Shown piece after piece: positions 25,166 through 34,938 of a stretch of DNA of 64,000 bases (position 1 is its first letter; every line of letters begins with the position of its first letter). Made by a program: the position numbers and the translations under genes. This stretch comes from a virus, in IMG/VR virus record IMGVR_UViG_3300029319_000003, positions 1 through 64,000 of that record; one strand, written 5' to 3'. The notes below the pieces were generated by a model, which was given only the letters and a program-made list of their open reading frames with translations, was not told the DNA's origin and searched no databases.

Positions 25166-26737
25166 CTACCCAATTTCTACAATAGCGTGCCCACTGGTCA
25201 TAAGCGTTGCGGCAGCAGATGCAGCATTTTGTAATGCTGTTCGCGTTACCTTCGCTGGATCGATAATACCCTCGGAGTACATGTCAACCAAAGTATCGTT
25301 TGTAAAGTCATAACCCACGGATCCATCTGCCGACTGCACTTGATTCACCACCAAATCTGCGGATCGGTCTGCGTTTCTTGCCATCTGACGAACCGGCTCA
25401 CTTGCTGCTGCTAAGATAATTTCAACACCAAGCCGCTGGTCTGCGTTCTCGACTTCAACCTCCAGACCTTCTGATGCTCGGATGAGTGCCACGCCACCAC
25501 CGGGCACCACCCCTTCAGTCTGCGCTGATTTGACAGCCTCCAAGGCATCTTCAATGCGGTGCTTTCTTTCATTCATGTCAATTGCAGTAGTCCCACCCAC
25601 GCGAATAATTGCCACGCCAGATGCCAACTTTGTGATGCGCTCTTGCAGTCGCTCACACTCCATCAAATCATCTGTTTGCTGCAATTGTGTCTTAAGGGTG
25701 TCGATGCGCTTATCAACCTCTTCAAAGTCTCCCTTGCCTCCAACAATCGTTGTCCAGTTTCGCAAGGAATCAATTTTCTTTGCTTCGCCAAGATGGCTCA
25801 ACTTAACATCTCGGAGGCGCAAGCCTGTACCTCGGGTAATAAAGGTGGCACCCGTCGAAAGACTAAGATCATCAAGAATATTCTTTCTCTCCTCGCCGTA
25901 GCGCGGTGCCTTGATCGCAGCCACGCGCATACTACCTCGCATGGTGTTCATGATCAACGCTGCGAGCGCTTGATTCTTAACCTCTTCTGCAACAATTACC
26001 AGTGGTCGGTTTTCGCGTGCAACCTGCTCCAAGATCGGAAGCAGATCATCCAAGTTGTCAATCGCATAGTCTGTAATCAAAAACAGAGCATCATTGTATA
26101 CAAGTGCGCCTCGCCGTTCATCAGTAATAAACTCAGTAGAGATATACCCTGAATCAAACTGAAACCCCTCAACGACCTCAAGTGTTGTGTCGATGGAGCG
26201 CCCTTCTTCAATAGAAATCGCACCGTCCTTTCCAACTGAGTCAATAGCCTTTGCGATAATCTTTCCGATCATCGAGTCGCCATTAGCAGAAATTGTGGCA
26301 ATATTGGCAATCTCTTCAAAACTAGAGATAGGCGTTGCCATGTCAGTGATCTTTTTGGAAAGTTCTGTGACTGCCTTGTAAATGCCTCGGCGCATTTCAA
26401 TTGGCGATGCACCAGCGGCAAGATGCCGTTGGGCGTGGGTCAAGATAGCCCGCGCCAACACTGTCGATGTGGTTGTACCATCACCGGCATTTGAGTTTGT
26501 AACTTGCGCCGCCTGCTTGATCACTTGAGCACCCACGTTTTCAAAGGGATCCTCAAGTTCAACAAAGGTGGCAACAGTTACTCCGTCTTTAGTGATCAGG
26601 GGGCGTTTCTCTTTCTGAGAAAGAATAACATTTCTTCCTCGCGGTCCATACGTCGCTGCCACATAATCAGCGAGTGTATTTACGCCCTGCAAAATCTTTT
26701 CGTTAAGTTCGTTTCCGTGTTTATAGACAGTCTTCAC
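25166..26737 (-). CDS. groEL: chaperonin GroEL (Cpn60)
   Basis: TYGPRGRNV, ITKDGVTVA, GDGTTT, GVVPGGG, GIIDPAKVTRTAL. Confidence 0.97.
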   Translation of the reverse strand: MKTVYKHGNELNEKILQGVNTLADYVAATYGPRGRNVILSQKEKRPLITKDGVTVATFVELEDPFENVGAQVIKQAAQVTNSNAGDGTTTSTVLARAILTHAQRHLAAGASPIEMRRGIYKAVTELSKKITDMATPISSFEEIANIATISANGDSMIGKIIAKAIDSVGKDGAISIEEGRSIDTTLEVVEGFQFDSGYISTEFITDERRGALVYNDALFLITDYAIDNLDDLLPILEQVARENRPLVIVAEEVKNQALAALIMNTMRGSMRVAAIKAPRYGEERKNILDDLSLSTGATFITRGTGLRLRDVKLSHLGEAKKIDSLRNWTTIVGGKGDFEEVDKRIDTLKTQLQQTDDLMECERLQERITKLASGVAIIRVGGTTAIDMNERKHRIEDALEAVKSAQTEGVVPGGGVALIRASEGLEVEVENADQRLGVEIILAAASEPVRQMARNADRSADLVVNQVQSADGSVGYDFTNDTLVDMYSEGIIDPAKVTRTALQNAASAAATLMTSGHAIVEIG

Positions 26738-26751
26738 TGTTCCTCCAATAT

Positions 26752-26904
26752 TTATTCGTCGTCTTCATCGACTGCTTCCGCAGCCTTAAACAGCAAGCCC
26801 GAGACAGCCTCTCTAGCCTTGCCAACCAAACCAAGCATATGCTCGGCTACCATGCCGCCCGCAACTGCGACGGCAATATAAACTACATGCATTAAAACAT
26901 CCAT
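26752..26904 (-). CDS. 50-aa membrane peptide
   Basis: MDVLMHVVYIAVAVAGGMVAEHMLGLVGK...; SD GGAG. Confidence 0.55.
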   Translation of the reverse strand: MDVLMHVVYIAVAVAGGMVAEHMLGLVGKAREAVSGLLFKAAEAVDEDDE

Positions 26905-26916
26905 TTTACTCTTCTC

Positions 26917-28449
26917 CTACTCTTTTGGCTTGATTGAAAGTAACTCAACCAAGTAATCCATTTTCTCAACATAATGTCGAATTGGTCCAAGACCCTCTTT
27001 TTCAACCTTTGGTCGAATCTGAATTAGGGCATTGTCTTTACTTGGGCTAGCGCCCTTGTTCCCATCAAAAATATACAAATAAGGAGTTCCACCTGAGTTG
27101 ACCAGCAACTTTGCAGCAAAGTTAACCTTGTTTGCGATTACATCATCCAGTGTATCATAAAAGTCCAAAACTTTAAAGGTTTTATGAGAAAGATGAACCA
27201 ATTCGACGCCGCCTTCTTCCAAAACTGCTTGGTATCGAATACCTGCTGCGAACCTTTCCAAGAACTCCTTTTCAGCCTCGGCATCATCCCCGCTTAACTG
27301 GGCTTGAATAAGGCTTTCGGCTTCAGCATAAATTTCTTGTGCCGCCATACGAACGGAGGCGCTGCCCTTATTCTTCTGCCCAAGATCCGCGTTGGTGTCC
27401 TTTGAGGTTTTCTGTTCCCAGTTTTGTTTCTGCCTATCAGAGAGTTGAACACCAAATAAAGTGTTAAACATGCCACTTAGACTTTCAAATGTCTTACCGA
27501 TCTGACCCAACTGCTTGGTAGCGCCCGCTTTCAGAGAAATCTTACCAATGCTAATTTCAGCGCCATTGTCTAAAATTCTTACGTCAACCTTTGTACCCTT
27601 CTGATCCGATGTTCCATCTGCAATGACCTGAATCTTATTCTCAACATTGTTGACAAACCATTCAATTGTCTGATCCAGTACTCTGCCTGAATTGGCATAT
27701 TCAACTGAAGATGCAAATAGATCGCTAACGCTTCCACGTTTCTCAGCGCTCATAAGATCTGTAAAGTTATTCTTTGACAAGCCAATTACAAGTGTTACTT
27801 GATCTGTCACGGAGCCATCTGCATTCTTCGATGGACTCATAACAAGTGTTTTTTTAATCGTATTTGCACTAGAACTCTCGTTGTCTTTTGCATTAAGTTG
27901 ATCCAAAAGTGTAACCACTTCTTGCTGAGTCACAGGAGAACCATCCTCGGGCTTTGCAAAGCGTGCTGCCAGTGCTGCTGAAAGAATGCCCTCTGCTACA
28001 TCTCCTCGATTAGCAACAGACGCGCCGGATGCTGATCCTTGGGCTAGCAATATGATAACTTCTGTATCACCAGAACCCACCTTAACTCCAAGCACCATGC
28101 CTTCTTCTTCTCGGGCTGATTCGAACGATAGTTTGCCTTTAAATCGAGCAATGACTTGTTGCCATGCTTCGTCTCTTTGGGCACGGTTTCCAGTGTTGGT
28201 TAGGATAGCCTGTTGTTTTTTAGGCATCCACTTTTTAACTTCGATACCGGGAAAGATTTCTTTAAGGGCGGTCATCACGACTTGAACTAACTGCTGTGGA
28301 TCGCCGGCTGCATCAGAGCCCGCGTCCTGTTGTGGCTCTGGTTGTTCCTGCTCACCATCCATCGCTGTTTCGACCTCTTCCAACAGAGATACACGCGGGT
28401 TGCGCTTGCGACGGTAGTAATCTTCAATGAAAGAATTTAAATCTGACAT
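26917..28449 (-). CDS. late hypothetical protein with a possible PD-(D/E)xK nuclease motif
   Basis: NRGDVAEG...KVDVRI...KISLK; ACTAATTA 6 nt upstream. Confidence 0.6.
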   Translation of the reverse strand: MSDLNSFIEDYYRRKRNPRVSLLEEVETAMDGEQEQPEPQQDAGSDAAGDPQQLVQVVMTALKEIFPGIEVKKWMPKKQQAILTNTGNRAQRDEAWQQVIARFKGKLSFESAREEEGMVLGVKVGSGDTEVIILLAQGSASGASVANRGDVAEGILSAALAARFAKPEDGSPVTQQEVVTLLDQLNAKDNESSSANTIKKTLVMSPSKNADGSVTDQVTLVIGLSKNNFTDLMSAEKRGSVSDLFASSVEYANSGRVLDQTIEWFVNNVENKIQVIADGTSDQKGTKVDVRILDNGAEISIGKISLKAGATKQLGQIGKTFESLSGMFNTLFGVQLSDRQKQNWEQKTSKDTNADLGQKNKGSASVRMAAQEIYAEAESLIQAQLSGDDAEAEKEFLERFAAGIRYQAVLEEGGVELVHLSHKTFKVLDFYDTLDDVIANKVNFAAKLLVNSGGTPYLYIFDGNKGASPSKDNALIQIRPKVEKEGLGPIRHYVEKMDYLVELLSIKPKE

Positions 28450-28457
28450 GTGAATAA

Positions 28458-29408
28458 TTAGTCCTTCAGCGAGTCTTTGACTTCTTTTAATATGCCTTCC
28501 AAGTCCAGCCCAGCACAGTCAATTTTATTTTTAGTATAGTGGTAGTGACACACAAAGCCAGAAAAGGTTCCAGCAACCGCCGCCTTTAGTACCGTGTCAT
28601 GCTGCGGTGTTTGCAAGGGAACGCCGACGCCCTGATGAAGCGCTTTCCACAATGCCTTAAGGGCATTGATTTGAGCGGGATAAAACCCAAGATGAGGAGC
28701 CAACGTCTTGCCATGAACTTTGGAATTCGATAGAACTGGGCGTTCACCGAAATCGTTTTTTACATACCAGTTTTGATATTTGGGATAATAAGCATTAGAA
28801 ATTTCAACACCAATGGAATTATGATTCGCCTTGCGCTGACCAGCGTGCCATGCACCATGCTGGGTGTCGAGCGTTTGGTATATTGTCCCATCGTTGTCTA
28901 TTAGAAAATGAACTGAGATTCCGCGCTTATTTAAAACATTGGCACAATCCTCTGATGACAGGCAAACATCCCAATGGTTCACAAAAACTTGTGGCTGGCG
29001 GTCTGGCTTGCCAGAATAATCATAATAATTTCCCTTCTTTGCTTTAAAGCCCCCGCGCTCGTCCCAGAGGACAACTCGACCCCAATCGATAGGAATAAAT
29101 TTTCCATTATGAACGATATGCTTTTGAGAATCACAAGAGGGCGCTTTGCGCCAAAGGTTTTTCCATGTCGGCTGCTGCTCAAACGGCGCAACTGAAGGTT
29201 TATAATCAGAAATATTTGCCTGACGATCTGTCCACAAGCGTCGATAAGTCATCGGTCCCACCAACCCATCGACGGGCACTCCATGCTCCTCTTGCCACTC
29301 CTTAACAATGGCAACAAGTTCTGCACCATGCTCCGAGCAACCAAACCAACTCGGCTCCCAGCCGTACTTTTTGGCGCTTTCAACATTATAACTAATAATC
29401 TCTTGCAC
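28458..29408 (-). CDS. endolysin: PG-binding domain plus N-acetylmuramoyl-L-alanine amidase (Amidase_2)
   Basis: WQEEHG..VDGLVGPMTY; NHWD, SVHFLID.DGTIYQ, AWHAG, SIGVEI, H...K.DC. Confidence 0.9.
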   Translation of the reverse strand: MQEIISYNVESAKKYGWEPSWFGCSEHGAELVAIVKEWQEEHGVPVDGLVGPMTYRRLWTDRQANISDYKPSVAPFEQQPTWKNLWRKAPSCDSQKHIVHNGKFIPIDWGRVVLWDERGGFKAKKGNYYDYSGKPDRQPQVFVNHWDVCLSSEDCANVLNKRGISVHFLIDNDGTIYQTLDTQHGAWHAGQRKANHNSIGVEISNAYYPKYQNWYVKNDFGERPVLSNSKVHGKTLAPHLGFYPAQINALKALWKALHQGVGVPLQTPQHDTVLKAAVAGTFSGFVCHYHYTKNKIDCAGLDLEGILKEVKDSLKD

Positions 29409-29421
29409 GACAAGTTCTCCT

Positions 29422-30135
29422 TTAAAATACTTCGTCTGCTATTCCGTATTCCACGGCTTGTTCTGCTGAAATGTAAACGTCCTCTTTTCTGTTAAAAAGT
29501 TTTTTAATGTGGCGCTTCGTCATATCTGTTTCCGCAGCAAGACAAGTGATGTACACTTCTTGAAGATTTTTAATTTCAGCAACTTCGTTCTCCATAGAAG
29601 ACACTGTGCCGGCATGACCAGAAGACACTTGGTGGATCATCACCCGCGTGTGCTTTCCGATGCGGCGGTTGCCTTTGGTGCCGGCTGCTAACAGCAGGAC
29701 TCCTGCCGACATGACCTTTCCGATGCCAACCGTGTTGATCTCAAAATCTTCAGACTGCAAAAACCTCATCATGTCGTAAATGCCAAACATCTCTGAAGCG
29801 GAACCACCGTGGGTAGATACCACAAATTCCATTGGCTGCTTGACCTCATCGAACCCAGCGTCCAGATCATCAAGATCCTTTGGAACCTTTTTGATGCCAG
29901 TGTGTCGCATCATCAACATCCCACTAAGGATTTCTCCTGACTTTTCTTCGTTTAGATCGCCAATCAGCCCAACTGTTCGCATCGAGGGCGGCTCATCCTC
30001 GGATGAACCTCTTCCACCGAGAACAATAATTGGCTGGGTGAGTTGTTCGACCTCTTCTTCTAAATTTTCTTCTGCGGTGTCGGCTACTTCTTCTTCGCCA
30101 ACAGATTCATCTTCACTTTTCTTTGTTAATCTCAT
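29422..30135 (-). CDS. clpP: ClpP-family protease with an acidic N-terminal extension
   Basis: THGGS, GKVMSAG (Ser), VMIHQ (His), YISAEQAVEYGIADEV. Confidence 0.9.
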   Translation of the reverse strand: MRLTKKSEDESVGEEEVADTAEENLEEEVEQLTQPIIVLGGRGSSEDEPPSMRTVGLIGDLNEEKSGEILSGMLMMRHTGIKKVPKDLDDLDAGFDEVKQPMEFVVSTHGGSASEMFGIYDMMRFLQSEDFEINTVGIGKVMSAGVLLLAAGTKGNRRIGKHTRVMIHQVSSGHAGTVSSMENEVAEIKNLQEVYITCLAAETDMTKRHIKKLFNRKEDVYISAEQAVEYGIADEVF

Positions 30136-30138
30136 GCA

Positions 30139-31386
30139 TCACCCAACTGTTTCTTTGATTGCAGTTCTAACAATATCAAACAACTGCTCTCTTGTTAAGA
30201 CAGATTCTGTCATGCGCCCGCTTTCCTCGCCAGAGGCTAGCCCGCGTAGAGTGCGCCCCTTGTCCTTTCCACCGCCACGAATCGCCGGTGAAATAGCCTG
30301 CTGATCTGCGGATCCACCCTTTGCGCGGCGGGGCTTGCCGTCCTTACCCGGCTCTAGGGTGACACCACCAAGTTCTTCAATCATCTTAACGCCCTTTTGG
30401 ATAACCTCATCGTCTGCGTATTCGGGAAGGACGCCGGCAACACCAAGGTCAAGCATGTTTTGTCCAAGACTACCACCCGACGCTTGAACCAACTTCTTCA
30501 TCGCTGCGAGCATCGCCTTGCCACGGGGATTGTTTGGCTCAGAGTTTAACCACTTATCGGTCTTTGCCTTTGCCTGATCCAAGATCGCCTTCTGCTGCTT
30601 AAAAGCAGCCGGGTTCTTCTCGGGATTAAGTTCATCGGGCAACATATCAGGCGTGATCGCAGTAGGAACTTGAAGCAATTCTCCAGAGCGCAAATCAAAA
30701 ATATTATTGTACGGCTCGTCTGTCATAAAGGTGACGCCATCAATGCCATCGAGTTGTTTCTGATAGCCCTTCATCTTTACCACTTCCTGTTGATAGTTCT
30801 GAGAAATATCAGTTGTGATTTCATCTCCAACAGTTCGTTTTCTCTGTGCATCTCGCTCGACGGATGCTTGAGTTGGCACGTTGTTCATAAACACAGCCAC
30901 GTCATACCCCAACTTGACCAACTGCTTCATTCGTTGAGCCATTTTACCAACATCTTCACCGGTGGTGTCAAAAATTAGCGGGTTTGCAATACCAATTAGG
31001 TTTGCTGTGTGACCTCGGGATGCCATCTGGACGACCTTGCGTGCCATCTGTTCCTGATACTTCTTCTCTTCTAACTCTGGATCGCCAGCAGTCTTGTTGA
31101 CAAACTTCATTGAGATACCGAATCTCGGAAACTGCTCTTCAATTTGCTCATCGGGATTGCGAGTTTTAAAATCTTTCGGAAGTTTCAACATGTTCTTAAG
31201 CAGAAACCCCTTTCCAGAACCAGCGGGTCCGAACATAAAGAACGCCTTAAATGGGTACTTGTTCTTAAGAATCGATGCTTCTTCAATAACCTCTGGTGAT
31301 TCAAGTAGGGGGTAGTAATCCTTCAGAGTGTCGGCAACCAGTGCCCGAATCTCGTCCAGTGAGATTTTATTCTTTTCATTTGCCAT
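30139..31386 (-). CDS. P-loop kinase (zeta-toxin/AAA_33-like)
   Basis: Walker A GPAGSGKG; LIFDTTG; S.ER...R.R. Confidence 0.75.
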   Translation of the reverse strand: MANEKNKISLDEIRALVADTLKDYYPLLESPEVIEEASILKNKYPFKAFFMFGPAGSGKGFLLKNMLKLPKDFKTRNPDEQIEEQFPRFGISMKFVNKTAGDPELEEKKYQEQMARKVVQMASRGHTANLIGIANPLIFDTTGEDVGKMAQRMKQLVKLGYDVAVFMNNVPTQASVERDAQRKRTVGDEITTDISQNYQQEVVKMKGYQKQLDGIDGVTFMTDEPYNNIFDLRSGELLQVPTAITPDMLPDELNPEKNPAAFKQQKAILDQAKAKTDKWLNSEPNNPRGKAMLAAMKKLVQASGGSLGQNMLDLGVAGVLPEYADDEVIQKGVKMIEELGGVTLEPGKDGKPRRAKGGSADQQAISPAIRGGGKDKGRTLRGLASGEESGRMTESVLTREQLFDIVRTAIKETVG

Positions 31387-31801
31387 CTGCTTTTCTCCTG
31401 TTTTGATGCTTTCTTCTTAGAACTTCATTTTGAAAATAATTCATTGCGGTTTTCCAGTTGTACCAATGTGCTAACTGCGAAAATGGACCATATGATTCAA
31501 GCAATGACTTTGCGGTTTCCTTTTGCCACTCCTTGTGATTAAACTCAATTTCATTGCGAACGATTTTAATCCTCTGAGTGTCACCAGTTGCTTCTGCTGC
31601 CATATCTAACATTGTTCTTGCTTGCCAAATATGCTCTTCTGCTCTGGATAAGATTTTCAGTGCTTGAAACTCTGCTGTGTAAAATATTAAAGCGATCCTC
31701 CCAGCCATAAATAGTGCTTGCAAGCCTCTAGTGACAATTACGCCCAAGAAAAAATATAAAAGGTTTTCGACCACTATCACCTCCCATAAATAAAAAAGCA
31801 C
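31376..31801 (-). CDS. hypothetical protein with an N-terminal TM segment (start uncertain)
   Basis: Hydrophobic N-terminus. Confidence 0.6.
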   Translation of the reverse strand: MLFYLWEVIVVENLLYFFLGVIVTRGLQALFMAGRIALIFYTAEFQALKILSRAEEHIWQARTMLDMAAEATGDTQRIKIVRNEIEFNHKEWQKETAKSLLESYGPFSQLAHWYNWKTAMNYFQNEVLRRKHQNRRKADGK

Positions 31802-31830
31802 AGAGGTGAAATATACCTCACCCCTGTGCT
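31792..31830 (-). terminator. rho-independent terminator
   Basis: AGCACAG...CTGTGCT stem followed by TTTTT. Confidence 0.7.
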
Positions 31831-31847
31831 AGTGATATAGGATTTAT

Positions 31848-32402
31848 TTACTTACGCCGGCGAGATTCACGGACCAAACGTGCAGCCACACGGCGAGCGA
31901 CTTCTGCAACCAATTCATCTTCTGTTAGTTCTAAATTGACATTGGCAGCAGCAAGAGCCTTTTCGACCTCCTCAAGCGGAGCCTCATCATCCATTGGCTC
32001 CTCGGCGGCGGCATCAACCGGGGCGGCGTCATCGACAGGCATTTCATCATCAACAGGGGCAGCGTCAGCATCTTCGCCACCCTCAACGGGGGTACCTGTC
32101 ACATCGGAAACAGCACCAGCAATTGCATCTACAATCGCAGCGACGGCTTCAGGTGGAACCTCTTTAGCAGCGGCTTCACCGTCTCCAGCAGGTGCGGCTT
32201 CGGCGGCGGGGTCTTCAGCAGCCATTGGATCTTCCGCAGCAGCGGGGTCTTCCATAGCAGCAGGATCCTCGACGGGAGCCTCCTCTTCCTCTTCTTCGAA
32301 CATAGCCTGATTGCTATCGAAGTAGTTTTCAGTCAGGGCTCCGATGTTCGCCAACTTCATGAATCGACGGATGGTGCCTTCGTTTAGTGTTTTCTTAGCC
32401 AT
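31848..32402 (-). CDS. acidic Ala/Pro-rich protein (scaffold/core-like)
   Basis: RRFMKLANI near the N-terminus; EDP(A/M)A repeats; ACTATTTA upstream. Confidence 0.7.
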   Translation of the reverse strand: MAKKTLNEGTIRRFMKLANIGALTENYFDSNQAMFEEEEEEAPVEDPAAMEDPAAAEDPMAAEDPAAEAAPAGDGEAAAKEVPPEAVAAIVDAIAGAVSDVTGTPVEGGEDADAAPVDDEMPVDDAAPVDAAAEEPMDDEAPLEEVEKALAAANVNLELTEDELVAEVARRVAARLVRESRRRK

Positions 32403-32502
32403 TTTGTAATTTCTCCTACATCACAAGTGTTTTGCCATAAGCGGCATTTTACGATATTAAATAGTTCCGTTATTTGGAAAAGAAACAAAGAATCGACAAC
32501 TT

Positions 32503-32760
32503 TTACTCATAATCAACCAGTCGCTTTCTCAGTTTATCCTTTGCGGCGTCCTCGATTTGCTTAATTCTTACAAAACTGACGCCCTCGCGTTTTGCAATTT
32601 CTCTCAACGTCATCTCGCCATGCTTCTCTACTGCAATGTTTGTGCAGTTCAAATCTTCTTCATAATCAATCCACATGCGGCAAGTTTTATTGGGGCATGA
32701 CACCTCATACCCCTTGCAGGCGGCAACGCAACTCTTGTACTTCTCTTCTGTTTTGCTCAT
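32503..32760 (-). CDS. stand-alone sigma70 region-4 HTH protein with a Cys-rich N-terminus
   Basis: MTLREIAKREGVSFVRIKQIEDAAKDKLR; four Cys upstream. Confidence 0.75.
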   Translation of the reverse strand: MSKTEEKYKSCVAACKGYEVSCPNKTCRMWIDYEEDLNCTNIAVEKHGEMTLREIAKREGVSFVRIKQIEDAAKDKLRKRLVDYE

Positions 32761-33080
32761 AGGTCTGGATGTTCCTTTTCTAAAATATCAAAAATATCTT
32801 CTATCTCTTGTTCGTTTAGCGCGAACTGACTTTTTGTAGATTCTGCGCCTTCTGTCTCTTCGCGCCAAATCTTTCTTTGACGATTGCTTCCAGAATTGGA
32901 CTCTTCACGGGTCGAGTGAATAAACTCCATAATCAGCGGATTGTCAGACAAATACCCGCCGACAATAGTTCTAAAGAAATCGCTTTGTGTCATTCCATCG
33001 TATTGCAATTTCACACGAAGATCCGCATGCCGCTTCGTTGAGTCGTAAAATACAACTTTCTTTTTACTTTCTTGCGTCAC
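32757..33080 (-). CDS. putative ribbon-helix-helix DNA-binding protein
   Basis: KVVFY...LRVKL...GMTQSDFFR. Confidence 0.45.
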   Translation of the reverse strand: MTQESKKKVVFYDSTKRHADLRVKLQYDGMTQSDFFRTIVGGYLSDNPLIMEFIHSTREESNSGSNRQRKIWREETEGAESTKSQFALNEQEIEDIFDILEKEHPDL

Positions 33081-34108
33081 CCTTTGTCTCCCAAGATATG
33101 TGGGCGACTCTCCGTAACACTTGCTGGGGATTGTCTTACAAATCTTGCTTTCGCCTGAAGTTCAGCAATGCTCCTCGCGCCGGAATACGAAAGACCCGAC
33201 CGGACGCCTCGACTCAGCCGATCAACAACACCCCTAACCGGACCCTTGAAGTCAACTGTTGTCGTCACACCCTCAAGCGATGAGGCATGACCTCGCCAGT
33301 CATTCTGAGCGTCCTCTGAAGCCATACCACGATACACCTTTTTACGAACCGTGTTGTTGTAAGAGTGCAATAGGTCGCCGGGTGTTTCGACGGTGCCAGC
33401 CAAAAGAGATCCAACCATCACCACATCAGCGCCGGCTGCGAGCGCTTTGACAATATCTCCAGATGATCGAATACCCCCATCTGCAATGATGGGCACATCG
33501 CGATCTGTCTTTGCACATTCAAAAATTGTGTGCAGTCCCGGCAAACCGTGACCAGTTTGCACACGGGTAGAGCAAATGGAGCCACCGCCAATGTTGCAAC
33601 GAACAGAGTCTGCCCCCCAATCAGCAAGAGCATTGAACCCTTCCAGTGTAGCCACGTTTCCAGCCATGATATGAACATGCTCCCCAAATGAACCTCGCAA
33701 GACCTGCAAAGCCTTTCGGACATTTTCATGATGACCATGAGCCACGTCAACACACAGCACGCGACAGCCCGCGTCAAGCAGGGCAGTTGCACGCTCAAGA
33801 TAGTCGCCGGTGACACCGACCGCAGCACCAACTACCGCGAGGGTTCCATTTTTACGCTTAACCTCTTTGACCATTTCAGCCTGTCTTTCAATTGAATTAT
33901 ACCGATGCAAAATTCCAAGACCGCCCAACTTATTCATCTCCATTGCCATCGAGCCTTCCGTAACTGTGTCCATCGGGCTTGAAATAATTGGAATCTCCAA
34001 TTTGAGATGAGCGCCCATATCTACAGAAATATCAATTTCTGAACGGCTGGAAATATCACTGTACTGTGGCTCAAGCAGTACATCATCGTAACTCAGTGTT
34101 TCTTTCAT
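33077..34108 (-). CDS. IMP dehydrogenase/GMP reductase family (no CBS domains)
   Basis: [38 protein letters not shown]; guaB and guaC cannot be distinguished by eye. Confidence 0.9.
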   Translation of the reverse strand: MKETLSYDDVLLEPQYSDISSRSEIDISVDMGAHLKLEIPIISSPMDTVTEGSMAMEMNKLGGLGILHRYNSIERQAEMVKEVKRKNGTLAVVGAAVGVTGDYLERATALLDAGCRVLCVDVAHGHHENVRKALQVLRGSFGEHVHIMAGNVATLEGFNALADWGADSVRCNIGGGSICSTRVQTGHGLPGLHTIFECAKTDRDVPIIADGGIRSSGDIVKALAAGADVVMVGSLLAGTVETPGDLLHSYNNTVRKKVYRGMASEDAQNDWRGHASSLEGVTTTVDFKGPVRGVVDRLSRGVRSGLSYSGARSIAELQAKARFVRQSPASVTESRPHILGDKG

Positions 34109-34109
34109 T

Positions 34110-34436
34110 CTATCCCTCTTCTTTCTTCTTTGCAGTGCGACGGGTACGACGCTTTGGTTCTGGCTCGGGTTCTGGCTCGGGTTCTGGCTCGGGTTCTGGT
34201 ACCGGCTCAGGGGCGGGCTGCGGTTCTTGTGGTTGTTGGTTGGACTTCTGAAGGTTCATCAACATCCCTTCAGTCTCCTGCGCCCGTAGTAGTTCAGCAA
34301 CCAAATCATAAATTCTTTCTTGCTGTTCGGGAGAGCCATCCACTGGTTCCTCCAGTAAACTTACAAGGGCTGAAAGAGCCGTTGTTCCCCGATGGGTTGT
34401 ATATTTTCTCATAACGTCAAGTAAATTAGCATTCAT
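34110..34436 (-). CDS. hypothetical protein with a (PE)n tail
   Basis: Start MNANLL at 34436 (SD GAGGA). Confidence 0.65.
   Translation of the reverse strand: MNANLLDVMRKYTTHRGTTALSALVSLLEEPVDGSPEQQERIYDLVAELLRAQETEGMLMNLQKSNQQPQEPQPAPEPVPEPEPEPEPEPEPEPKRRTRRTAKKKEEG
34156..34199. repeat. 12-bp tandem repeat GGTTCTGGCTCG, 3 copies plus a partial copy
   Basis: Encodes PEPE on the minus strand. Confidence 0.9.
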
Positions 34437-34446
34437 TTTGTTTTCC

Positions 34447-34938
34447 TCATTTTTGCATAGTGCCAAACACCTGTGGCTTGGCTCGATCATATTTAGTTTT
34501 GTCTCCGTCAAATACCACTACTGCTGAAGGGAAAGGAGCAGAATTCTTGCCCTCACCAAACTTAAGCCTGCCTTTGATAAAGTACACCTCGCTCGCCTTC
34601 ATGACATATTGGTGCCAGTACTTTGTATCTGTCCTTGCAGGAATCAACATGACAACTCTTGTGTCTGCATACTTGCCAGATTCATACGCTTTTTTAATCC
34701 ACTTATCAATTCCACGACCATACGGAGGATTAACAAAGACAACATTGCCGAGCCAGTCTTGATCCAGCCCATTGTCTTTCACAGTGTAAAACCTTGCACA
34801 CTTGGCGTTGTCTGCGTTTGCACATGGGTCGAGAGTAAACGGTCCAAACCTCCAGTTGAGTTTGTCAAAAAAATCTTGTGGGGTTGCCCACTCACCAGTA
34901 GCACTGGAAAACATAATCTTTTGTGTTGCTGTGTTCAC
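34447..34938 (-). CDS. phage N6-adenine DNA methyltransferase
   Basis: EWATPQ, FTLDPCA, VFVNPPYG, LIPARTDT.YW, APFPS. Confidence 0.9.
   Translation of the reverse strand: MNTATQKIMFSSATGEWATPQDFFDKLNWRFGPFTLDPCANADNAKCARFYTVKDNGLDQDWLGNVVFVNPPYGRGIDKWIKKAYESGKYADTRVVMLIPARTDTKYWHQYVMKASEVYFIKGRLKFGEGKNSAPFPSAVVVFDGDKTKYDRAKPQVFGTMQK

Noticed and set aside
33077-34108. CBS-less IMPDH as a novelty
   Set aside because: Short IMPDH/GMPR forms lacking CBS domains are already known.
34156-34199. Tandem repeat as a CRISPR-like or contingency locus
   Set aside because: A 12-bp in-frame unit without spacers that simply encodes a PE linker. No CRISPR array, cas gene or tRNA was seen in the window.
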